In this document: positions 39,332 to 47,990 of the stretch, in pieces
Layout of the letters: every line of letters starts with the position of its first letter
How positions within the stretch are numbered: the first letter of the stretch is position 1
Source of the DNA: Bacillales bacterium UBA4691
GTDB lineage: Bacteria; Bacillota_I; Bacilli_A; RFN20; CAG-826
Length of the DNA: 64,000 nucleotides
NCBI GenBank assembly: GCA_002404865.1
Contig: DHKP01000009.1
Span: forward strand, 64,806-128,805
Reading direction: 5' to 3'
The notes under the pieces: model-generated
The model's input: only the letters and a program-made list of their open reading frames with translations
Database searches by the model: none
What the model was told of the DNA's origin: nothing
Made by a program: the position numbers and the translations under genes

Positions 39332-39958
39332 TTAGTGTTTCCACATGAGTTTGTAGAAGCCGCTAGAAAGAAGCTTTTTTGCAGTTTTGCTAGGGAAATT
39401 AGATAATATGTTGATAGCCTCAACCGCAGATAAACGGTTTTCACGAACGTAGTTAGCCAAGATGACATTGTTTCTTTTTAGTTCTTCTTCACTCGCGTAA
39501 CCTAGATAAGTTAAAAAAGAAACGAGTTGCACGTTAGATGCATTCACCTTGACATAAGGCTTTCGCAAAATAATTCGTCTCCCGAATTGAAAAACGGCTT
39601 TTTTACCACTCGTGGCCTTATTTGTGACGATTTCTAAGCCTGTTTCTAATAGCGGGAGTCCTTTTATTTCACGGACGAAATTATCGCCATAATAGAAGCC
39701 GATAGTATCATGACTAGATCCGATGTAACGGAAAACAATGGATTTGTTTTTAAGCTCTTCTTCGCTTAGTTTGCCACTATCGATAACGTAGACCCCGTAC
39801 CCAAGCCGCTTTACTTTTTCTTTTTTCGCTAGTCTCGACATTTCTTCTTTTAAGGCGTCAGGCGTTAATGAACGGACAACACGATTGGCCATCGTTAAAT
39901 TAAATAAGGTATCTATTCCTATGTTTTCTTTTAGTTGGGAATAAAAAGATTTGTTCAT
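39332..39958 (-). CDS. AbiEi-antitoxin-like / DUF6088-like wHTH protein (orphan)
   Basis: The N-terminal region ends in KVKRLGYGVYVI, which fits the (R/K)hxxGhY signature of AbiEi_4-type wHTH domains recalled from memory. The internal ATG (MNKSFY) at 39958 is preferred. No nucleotidyltransferase partner is adjacent. Confidence 0.4.
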   Translation of the reverse strand: MNKSFYSQLKENIGIDTLFNLTMANRVVRSLTPDALKEEMSRLAKKEKVKRLGYGVYVIDSGKLSEEELKNKSIVFRYIGSSHDTIGFYYGDNFVREIKGLPLLETGLEIVTNKATSGKKAVFQFGRRIILRKPYVKVNASNVQLVSFLTYLGYASEEELKRNNVILANYVRENRLSAVEAINILSNFPSKTAKKLLSSGFYKLMWKH

Positions 39959-40039
39959 TGCTAAATATTCTAGCAACTTTAAAAAAGTTAAACAAGTAAC
40001 ATTTTGATATTTACTAATTAATGCTTCTCATAAAGCAAT

Positions 40040-40066
40040 AAAAAAGACCTAAGTTTCCCTAGGTCT
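40040..40066 (-). terminator. Intrinsic terminator after pmbA
   Basis: AGACCTA (40045-40051) pairs with TAGGTCT (40060-40066). A6 on the plus strand gives a U-run on the minus-strand transcript. Confidence 0.6.
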
Positions 40067-40084
40067 GATTTTTGTTATTAGGCT

Positions 40085-41407
40085 TTATTTTCCACCGATA
40101 GACATCTTCTTAATTAAGACATCTGGGCTAGCGATGGAATTAAGACGAAGCACGACATTATTATCAATATCTTTGATATCACCTAACATTGTTAAGAGGT
40201 TTCCCGAGATTGTAATGAGATTTAATGGAGTTGTTAATTTGCCGTTTTCGATCATGAATCCCTGTGCTTGGCAAGAGAAGTCGCCGCTTTGGGCATTCAT
40301 GCCCGTTCCTAAGCCTGCAATTTCAGTGATATAGACGCCTTTCTCAATAGGGGCAATCATCTCCTTGAATGTTTTCTTGCCTCCTTTAATGACGATATTA
40401 TTGTATCCGATTCCGATCTTTCCGCCTTGCCACTGCCCGTTTCCGGTAGAAACGACATTATCTTTTTTCGCGGTTTCACGGTTATAGAAATAGTTTTTGA
40501 GAACCCCGTTTTTCACGATATCTTTCTCAATTGTTGCAACGCCTTCATCATCGAAATAAGAGAAGAATACGTTCTTTTGAAGCGGCTTTTCTTTGATTGT
40601 GAGTTTGCTAGAGGCAACTTTTTCCCCTAGTTTTCCAATCAAGAAGGAGCTTTGCTTTTGCACTTCTTCTGCGGATGCGCTGCTTAAGAAATAATTCACC
40701 AAATCACCAAAGATATCATTTGATAATACCGTTGGATATTTATCGCTTTCGCAAGGGACTCCACCGAATTTTGATAGGGCCTTTGAGGCAACACTTTGAA
40801 TAAACTCATCCTCATGAAACGCGGCTAAATCGTTTCCAAAGAAGATGTCATATCCGGTTTTCGTTTCTTCGTTTACTTTTGCAACAACCCCAGCAACAAT
40901 CACGAAATAGTTCGATTTTTGCTTTAGTTTTAAGCCATAGGAATTATAGAATTCACTGCTGGATTCGCTTTCGTCATATTCAACGGAGGAAACGTCATCG
41001 ATACGTTTATCATAAGCGAATAATTTATTCTCGATATCTTTGATTAAAGCAATTTTGTCTTCGATTTTAATTTGGGACAAAGCAGCGTTATAGACATTCT
41101 TTCTATGATATTTTTCGCTACCTTTGAATAATTCGGCCTTATCTTCTTTTTCGTTTAATGAGGCAGCATCGATAATGCCGTTGATCAAAAATTCAAAAGT
41201 CCCTTTTCCGATTTCTTCGGTTCTGCAGCTACCGAACTTTCCCTCATAGATACCGCATGCCATGATGCTTTGCGATTCATTGATCGAATAATTATCGATT
41301 TCGCGATGGAACAAAGAAACAGAGGTCGATTTGCTTTTTGAAATTTGGATTTGGGCGCTTTCAAGGCCTTTTTCTTTCGCTAATAAGAAGAATTCTTTGA
41401 TATTCAT
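40085..41407 (-). CDS. pmbA: PmbA/TldE metalloprotease-family protein
   Basis: 440-aa ORF of the TldD/PmbA family with typical length and C-terminal pattern. It is paired with tldD through a 4-nt overlap. Confidence 0.8.
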   Translation of the reverse strand: MNIKEFFLLAKEKGLESAQIQISKSKSTSVSLFHREIDNYSINESQSIMACGIYEGKFGSCRTEEIGKGTFEFLINGIIDAASLNEKEDKAELFKGSEKYHRKNVYNAALSQIKIEDKIALIKDIENKLFAYDKRIDDVSSVEYDESESSSEFYNSYGLKLKQKSNYFVIVAGVVAKVNEETKTGYDIFFGNDLAAFHEDEFIQSVASKALSKFGGVPCESDKYPTVLSNDIFGDLVNYFLSSASAEEVQKQSSFLIGKLGEKVASSKLTIKEKPLQKNVFFSYFDDEGVATIEKDIVKNGVLKNYFYNRETAKKDNVVSTGNGQWQGGKIGIGYNNIVIKGGKKTFKEMIAPIEKGVYITEIAGLGTGMNAQSGDFSCQAQGFMIENGKLTTPLNLITISGNLLTMLGDIKDIDNNVVLRLNSIASPDVLIKKMSIGGK

Positions 41408-42810
41408 TCGAGTTTTCCCCCTCTTCCGCCTACGGTGATTTCTTTGATACGGATGGTTGGCTGACCAACATTGACTGGGACCATACCACTACTTGCGCCA
41501 CACATCCCTTGCCCTAAATCGACGTCATTACCAACGCGGTCGATATTCATTAATACTTCTTTGCCACTTCCGATTAGGGTGCACCCTTTCACAGGTTCAC
41601 ACACTTTGCCATCACGAATGATATAGGCTTCACTCGCGGAGAAATTGAATTCACCGGTTGTGGGTTCAACGCTTCCGCCTCCGAAGTTTGTGACATAAAT
41701 GCCAAGCTTTGTATCTTTAATGATGTCTTCTGGCTTATCTTTACCCGCTGCAATGTAGGTATTGCTCATTCTGGAAACAGGCTCATAACGGTAATTTTGC
41801 CTTCTGCTTGTGCCGTTTGCTTCCATATTGAGCCTTCTTCCATTTAATTTATCGATCATAAAGCCAACGCAGATACCATCTTTGATCAATTGGTTTTTCT
41901 GCGTAACGTGGCCTTCGCTATCGATATTGTTCGAACCCCATTCGTTTGGCATCGTACCATCGTCATAAGCACTAACGATAGGCGAAGCGATTTGCTTGCC
42001 TAAAGAATCCGAGAAAACGGATAAGTGCTTCGCTGTCGCGGCTGCTTCTAGGCTATGGCCACACGCTTCATGGAAAACGACTCCGCCCCATCCGTTACTA
42101 ATAACAACTGGGAATCGCCCACTTGGGCATTCTTTGGCAGAAAGTAGCATAATCGCTTTCTCACCGGCGTTTTTGCAAATGCCTTTATAATCTAAGGTAT
42201 TCACGAAATAATCCCATCCAGCCGATTTTCCTGGGCCAGAGAAATAAGATTCGATTTTGCCATTATCGGAAGCCACTGCGATGACAAGCATTCTGCCTCG
42301 CTCTTCAACGTTATGGAATTGCTTCCCAATCGGTCCTTCTGCATTGAATAGCTCGAATTCGCGATAACTATCTGAGAAAGCGTTCTGGATTCTCACTAGA
42401 CGAGCATCAACATCTTTTGTCGCTTTGTAGCATTCTTTTAAATAAGCGACTTTCTCTTTTGCAGGGACGTCTTTAATGTGATCAGTAATCTTATTGATTA
42501 CTTTCACATGCTGCTTTTCTATTTTTGTAACAGTGAAACGTCGTTCTCCGGTAAATGAAGCGGCAAGGCGATGGGCTAAAGATAATAAACTCTTCGCACT
42601 GATGTCGCTACTATAGCCATATACGCTTCTTAATTCATTTAAAATACGGATGCCAACGCCAAAACCATCGTTCTTCGATACGCTCTCAACTTTGCCGTTT
42701 TCTAGGCTAACACTATTAGAAAGCGTCCTTTCGAGATAGATTTCAGCATAGTCTCCGCCAGTCGCTAAACATTCGTTTAGGACTTTTAGGGCTAGATTTT
42801 TAGAAATCAT
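41404..42810 (-). CDS. tldD: TldD metalloprotease
   Basis: It has the HEACGHSLE (HExxxH) motif. The ATG at 42810 (MISKNLAL) is preceded by GGAGGAAGAG and is preferred to the track start at 42849. Confidence 0.85.
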   Translation of the reverse strand: MISKNLALKVLNECLATGGDYAEIYLERTLSNSVSLENGKVESVSKNDGFGVGIRILNELRSVYGYSSDISAKSLLSLAHRLAASFTGERRFTVTKIEKQHVKVINKITDHIKDVPAKEKVAYLKECYKATKDVDARLVRIQNAFSDSYREFELFNAEGPIGKQFHNVEERGRMLVIAVASDNGKIESYFSGPGKSAGWDYFVNTLDYKGICKNAGEKAIMLLSAKECPSGRFPVVISNGWGGVVFHEACGHSLEAAATAKHLSVFSDSLGKQIASPIVSAYDDGTMPNEWGSNNIDSEGHVTQKNQLIKDGICVGFMIDKLNGRRLNMEANGTSRRQNYRYEPVSRMSNTYIAAGKDKPEDIIKDTKLGIYVTNFGGGSVEPTTGEFNFSASEAYIIRDGKVCEPVKGCTLIGSGKEVLMNIDRVGNDVDLGQGMCGASSGMVPVNVGQPTIRIKEITVGGRGGKLE

Positions 42811-43000
42811 ATAGCTCTTCCTCCTGATTAACCATGGCGATACTACCACATATTATCGATACTTTCACTTTCAATTCTATGAATAACTATCAATTAAAGT
42901 AAAGCAGTATAGTATCATTTGATAATAGTAATAAAACACCAAAGAAAGCTTTTGTCGTGAAGGAAAAGAAAAGTGATATATTTAGGATAGAGGTTCTTCT

Positions 43001-43603
43001 ATGCCAAAACTATTTTATCAAGGTCATGCTTCGATTCGAATCACCACTGATGAAGGGAAAAACATTTTCATCGATCCATATGCAGGGGAAGGGTATAAAA
43101 CCCCTGCGGACTTGGTTCTCATTACTCATGAGCATTATGACCATAATGCGATTCATTTAATCACGTTGACCCCTAGAACCATCGTCATCCGCGCAAAAGA
43201 CGCTTTAGAAAACGGTGTTTATCATGAATTTGATGAATATGGCGTTCATATTAAGGCAGTTCCCGCATATAACTCTCACCATAAAAAAGAAGAATGCGTT
43301 GGGTATTTATTAACGGTGGATGGAGTAAAAATCTACCATGCGGGGGATACGGACTATATTCCCGAAATGAAAGATTTAGTAAAAGAAAATATCGATTACG
43401 CCTTACTTCCAATCGATGGCTATTATACGATGTCTCCGCAGGATGCCTCTAACGCCTCTATTACGATGAAAGTCAAACATATCATCCCGATTCATATGCA
43501 TCCAGGAATGGATTTTGATATGAAACAGTGCATGAAAGTAACTGCTCCGATGGCGATGCTAGTTCGTCCGAATGACTTAATCGAACTTAAACACGAGGAA
43601 TAA
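43001..43603 (+). CDS. Metallo-beta-lactamase-fold hydrolase (UPF0173-like)
   Basis: 200-aa ORF with the ITHEHYDH zinc motif and a later HAGDT. Confidence 0.75.
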   Translation: MPKLFYQGHASIRITTDEGKNIFIDPYAGEGYKTPADLVLITHEHYDHNAIHLITLTPRTIVIRAKDALENGVYHEFDEYGVHIKAVPAYNSHHKKEECVGYLLTVDGVKIYHAGDTDYIPEMKDLVKENIDYALLPIDGYYTMSPQDASNASITMKVKHIIPIHMHPGMDFDMKQCMKVTAPMAMLVRPNDLIELKHEE

Positions 43604-43605
43604 AC

Positions 43606-44049
43606 ATGAAGACGATAAATAAATTGCTTTGGTATTTCCTATATTACGCCTCCTCGACTTTATTCGTGTATTTTGTGTTTCACGCGGGGATGGGGTTCAT
43701 TAATCTAGACCCTTCGAATTTGACAATAGATTACGTTGGCAAAAACGCCTTTCTCCCATTCCTATATTCCTCTTTACTTTTAGTTATTATGACAGTAACT
43801 CAAACTCGAATTTTGAAGCAAAACGAGAAAAGAGAAGAATTCATTTATGGATGCTTCAATTTGATATTTTCCTTATTAGAAACCGCGTTAGGGATTATTC
43901 TTTTGAGTCTAGGGGCAAGTAAGAATTCTCTTCCGTTAAATGTCAGTGCATCCATGATTTTAGGACTTGGAATTATTGAATTAGGATACTCAATTTTCCT
44001 CTTGATTGGACAAGCAAAGAGAGTAGAAGAAAAAGACGTCAATTCTTGA
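43606..44049 (+). CDS. Small integral membrane protein
   Basis: 147-aa ORF with four hydrophobic segments, starting 3 nt after the previous stop. No family was recognised. Confidence 0.55.
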   Translation: MKTINKLLWYFLYYASSTLFVYFVFHAGMGFINLDPSNLTIDYVGKNAFLPFLYSSLLLVIMTVTQTRILKQNEKREEFIYGCFNLIFSLLETALGIILLSLGASKNSLPLNVSASMILGLGIIELGYSIFLLIGQAKRVEEKDVNS

Positions 44050-44899
44050 AAAAATCTTCCAAAGCCCCAAAAGGATTATCTGACCATTTTGTTATAGCGA
44101 TAGTAGAGAGATATTCTTTGGGTGTTTTATGATAATAACGGTGAAACAATTCCGTAAAATAGCTTGGGGAAGAAAACCCTACTTTTCTAGCAATGTCTTT
44201 GATAGGGGTAGAGGATTCTTTTTCTAGCAATTTTGAAGCTGCATCAAGCCTCTTTTTCAACAAATATTGCGTTGGAGAATCGTGAATCGTATTTTGAAAA
44301 ACACGTAAACAAGCCCGTTCACTTAAGGAGGAAGCACTAGCGATTTCTTTTAATGTAAGTGGCTTTTCGTAGTTTTGATTGATGTAAGAAATCATCTTCA
44401 TAATTTGGCCGTCTTTTTTCTTATATTGATTCTTTTTCGTTTCTTTCCGTTTCATTTGTCTAAGGGCGATTAGAAACATTGTCAAAGCACATTGTTTCGA
44501 TGTTAACGAATAGAATTCATCTTTTTTAGCAGTTGAATCTTTGATGCTATTCATGGAAGAAACCATCTCTTTGCCTAATGAGGTAGTAATCGGAAATAGT
44601 AAACTTGAAGCGTAATGACGAGAACAAAAGCTAAGTGCGGGTTGATTATTGTCTAATCCTAATTCGTCTATAGAAAAAGCCAGTGTCTCTAATTCTAAAT
44701 CACCCTCTCCATTTATTTGATAAATTGATCTTTCAAATAAAAATGCAACATCACCTTTCTTCAAGGCGATGAGCTCTTTACCTGTGCGGATATTGATATC
44801 ACCTTTTTTATCTAAAATCACTAAGAAATTAGGCGTAGAAATCCACTCCGTTCCTTTCGGAGAATCTTCTGTAATTTTAATTGTGTCAAACTTAATCAT
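44039..44899 (-). CDS. AraC-family transcriptional regulator
   Basis: 286-aa ORF with a C-terminal double HTH (LTLKEIASASSLSERACLRVF ... IKDIARKVGFSSPSYFTELFHRYYHKTPKEY). Confidence 0.85.
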   Translation of the reverse strand: MIKFDTIKITEDSPKGTEWISTPNFLVILDKKGDINIRTGKELIALKKGDVAFLFERSIYQINGEGDLELETLAFSIDELGLDNNQPALSFCSRHYASSLLFPITTSLGKEMVSSMNSIKDSTAKKDEFYSLTSKQCALTMFLIALRQMKRKETKKNQYKKKDGQIMKMISYINQNYEKPLTLKEIASASSLSERACLRVFQNTIHDSPTQYLLKKRLDAASKLLEKESSTPIKDIARKVGFSSPSYFTELFHRYYHKTPKEYLSTIAITKWSDNPFGALEDFFKN

Positions 44900-45319
44900 A
44901 TGGCGGCTTTGTTATAGTCATTTTAACTCATTTCCTAGTATTTTTCGACGATTAATTTGCTTTAAATGTCGCTTTTACTTTACTTCCAAAAGCGAAGGAC
45001 TATTCACCTTATCTTTAGTTCTATTTTAGATATAGCTAATAAGGTGGAAACCGCTCGCCTTTTTGTTTATGAATCAACGATGATATAAATTAGTCGCTTT
45101 CATTTATCGTCGGAAAGTAGCGTGACCCGCCTTCGCTTTTTAGATAGGCGTACAAAATTGTACTTATGCTCTCTTTTATTTAGCTAGACCAGATGCTCTA
45201 ATTCGAATATAGAAAGCACATTAGAACATGGGATTCTATTCTTTTTAAAATCTCTATTCAAACGTAGAAAACTATCTAAAAAATAGGTAGAACGATATTA
45301 TTAAAAAGAAAGGTGGTTT

Positions 45320-46142
45320 ATGAATAAAATTACGATTAAGAACATTGAAATCAGTATCACAGGGATTGGAGATGATGATTTCATTAGTTTGACCGATATG
45401 GTTAGAGCAAAAAATCCAAAAGAGCCAAAGGACGTTGTGAAAAAACTGGATGAGATTAAGGTCTTCTCTTGAATTTCTTGGTATTTGGGAAACTTTGAAC
45501 AACCCAAACTTTAACCGGGTCGAATTCGACCCCCTATTAGCGGAGTTTGGTAAAAACTCGTTTACTATGTCTCCCACTAGGTGAATTAGTGCATTTAATG
45601 CGATTGGGATTAGAACAAAACCAACTAAAAATGGTGGCACCTTTGCTCATCGCGATATTGCTTTCGAGTTTGCTTCATGGATTTCTGCTGAAGTAAAACT
45701 ATATATCATCAAAGAATTCCAAAGATTAAAAATTCAGGAGCCAGAACAACTTGAATGGCATGGCAAAAGACTACTGACAAAACTGAATTATTTGATTCAA
45801 ACGGATACTACGAAAGAATTTTTGGTGCCTGTTGAATTATCGAACGAACAAAAAAGTTATATTTACGCGAATGAAGCAGATTTATTGAACGTTGCCTTAT
45901 TTGGAAAAACCGCCAGGCAGTGGAGAGATGAAAATATAGACAAAAAAGGAAATGTTAGAGATTACGCCAATACGATAGAGTTAGCAATTTTGAGTAATCT
46001 CGAATACCTAAATTCGATGCTGATATCTCAAAAAGTGTCTCAGAAAGAAAGACTCATACTTCTTAATAAAGAAGCGAATAGAGAAAAAGAATTATTCAAC
46101 AAGAACAGTATTAAACCTATACATAGAATAGAAAAGAAGTAA
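45320..46142 (+). pseudogene. KilA-N domain protein pseudogene (one frameshift and one in-frame TGA)
   Basis: The three reading-frame pieces join into MNKITIKNIEISITG..DDFISLTDM..KNWMRLRSSLEFLGIWETLNNPNFNRVEFD..FTMSPTR*ISAFNAIGI..GGTFAHRDIAFEFASWISAEVKLYIIKEFQRLK... There is a frameshift in the A6 run at 45440-45445 and a TGA at 45582-45584, where homologs have Trp. Confidence 0.8.
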
Positions 46143-46180
46143 CGACTCGAAATCGATGGGGTTAAACCAATCAATTTGAT

Positions 46181-47101
46181 ATGGCAAGAAAGGAAAAAAA
46201 TATGGCGTATAAAGTATTGGGGGATAGAATCAAAAAGATTCGTTTGGATAACAAGATGTCTCAGCAAGAATTCGCAGAGGCCTTGGGCTACACCCATAAA
46301 TCAATGATCAACAAGATTGAAAGCGGATTAACCGACATGTCTTTTGATAAAATCATTAAGTTAATTCTAGAATTTAAAGTAAACGCGAATGAATTCTTAG
46401 ATTTATCTGATCAAGAAACTGAAGATTTGATGTCGATGGCGGATAAGGCGGATAAGCCAGACTGGAGAAGGATCCATCCCCTCAAATCAAAAGACGAAAG
46501 CGTGGTTTATGTTAAGCCGACATTAATCAGCTGCCCAAACATCAAAGTAGGGGAATATACATATTTTGATGGTCAAAACTTTCAAAATCATGTCACCCAT
46601 CATTATGACTTTATTGGTGACAAGTTAATTATCGGCAAGTTCTGCCAAATCGGTAGAGGGGTTGAGTTCATTATGAATGGCGCTAATCATCAAATGAATA
46701 GCGCCTCCACCTATCCCTTTTATATATTCAAAGGCTGGAAACAAGACCCACCTTTAAAGGTAGATTTACCGTATAAAGGGGATACGGTTATTGGGAATGA
46801 TGTATGGATTGGCCAAAACGTCACATTCTTACCCGGAGTCCATGTGGGCGATGGATGCATTATTGGCGCTAATGCTGTGGTGGCTTCTGACATCTCTCCC
46901 TATTCAGTGGTGGTAGGCAATCCCGCTAAAGCAATTAGAAAACGCTTTGATGATGAAATGATTACACTTTTAGAAAAACTAGAGTGGTGGAACAAAACGC
47001 CAAATCAAATTCAAAAGATACTCCCTATCCTTTCTAGCGGTGACATTGAATATGCTAGGGATGAAATCAAACGCATCATAGGCGGAGACGAGACTTTGTA
47101 A
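46181..47101 (+). CDS. XRE-family HTH domain fused to a Vat-type xenobiotic (streptogramin A-like) O-acetyltransferase
   Basis: Residues 9-70 are an HTH_3 domain (LGDRIKKIRLDNKMSQQEFAEALGYTHKSMINKIESG). Residues from about 95 to 306 align by eye with VatD: VGEYTYFDG, IGKFCQIGRGVEFIMNGANHQMNSASTYPF, KGDTVIGNDVWIGQNV, VVVGNPAKAIRKRFD and LEWWN. Confidence 0.8.
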   Translation: MARKEKNMAYKVLGDRIKKIRLDNKMSQQEFAEALGYTHKSMINKIESGLTDMSFDKIIKLILEFKVNANEFLDLSDQETEDLMSMADKADKPDWRRIHPLKSKDESVVYVKPTLISCPNIKVGEYTYFDGQNFQNHVTHHYDFIGDKLIIGKFCQIGRGVEFIMNGANHQMNSASTYPFYIFKGWKQDPPLKVDLPYKGDTVIGNDVWIGQNVTFLPGVHVGDGCIIGANAVVASDISPYSVVVGNPAKAIRKRFDDEMITLLEKLEWWNKTPNQIQKILPILSSGDIEYARDEIKRIIGGDETL

Positions 47102-47269
47102 GAACGCCTTTTCACTTTAACGCAATATGTTTTGTGCGTTAGTTGCTTTGTACTGCTTTTGAAAACAAAAATATTTGAAGAATTTTATTGTTCGTCGGCT
47201 GTCTCAAATCGGATTAGCGACTTCTTTTGTGCAAAGCTAGCAAATGCGATATCTTTTTATAGAGGCACC

Positions 47270-47946
47270 ACTATAGGGATTCAAAAAGGTAGGTTAGATT
47301 TCAAATATGCTAAGAAAGGGCGCTTTTATCGAGTGCTGCTTGTCCCGACTCATACGAAACTGAATGACCTTGGCTGTATATTCGTCGAGGCGCTTAAAGG
47401 AGTAATGGAGCACTGTTTCTGATTCAAAAAGGAAAGACACATCGTTTGAACCAGCTGCTTTTTTGACAATTCTGTTTACATGAATTTTATACCATCGAAG
47501 ATTTAGGTGAAAAATTTGTTTTCATTTATGATACGGGCGAAGGCTGGGATTTTGATTGCAAGGTGTATAAAAAGAGTGTCTTTTTAGATACGAAAGATAC
47601 TACGGTTCTTCTTGAAGGCGCTGGTCAAGGCATCTACTAGGATAATATCGGCACTCTCTATGCTTATCTATAAGGGGACATTCCTCACGATTTTAATGAT
47701 GAAGATGATGAACACGGCATTTATAAGCCATGGAACGTTTTTGTTGATAAATATAGTGAATTCGACGACCCCTTAGATATTGAAAAAGAAAATGGTGCCT
47801 TGAATGATGTAGTTGGTCGCACGATAAAGAAATACGCAAAGAACGAAAAAAGATTTATTAAAGAAAATGGAATGAACATGTTGGATTATAAAGAAAAGCC
47901 CAAAAGAAGACCTCGTCAGCACGATTTTTTGACATTTGACGCATAA
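47270..47946 (+). pseudogene. pRiA4b ORF-3-like (PF07929-type) pseudogene
   Basis: The frame-1 fragment is FYRVLLVPTHTKLNDLGCIFVEALKGVMEHCF (IWRRI.VP...tL.dLH.vIq pattern). Later fragments, FIYDTGEGWDFDCKVYK..LLEGAGQGIY*DNIGTLYAYL*GDIP, are broken by frameshifts and two stops. Confidence 0.6.
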
Positions 47947-47970
47947 TTCCTCGTTCCGTAAACCCTTTTT

Positions 47971-47986
47971 GCAATAGAGCGCAATT
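47971..47986. repeat. 16-nt direct repeat GCAATAGAGCGCAATT, copy 1 (just 3' of the AlbA_2 gene)
   Basis: It is identical to 49490-49505, and together the two copies bracket the 47991-49442 gene. Confidence 0.8.
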
Positions 47987-47990
47987 GAAT

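Noticed and set aside
45582-45584. Idea that the organism itself reads TGA as Trp (genetic code 4)
   Set aside because: dnaN (11770-11772) and recF (13177-13179) terminate at TGA at the expected protein ends. All core genes are full-length under code 11. The TGA-for-Trp is confined to a pseudogene.
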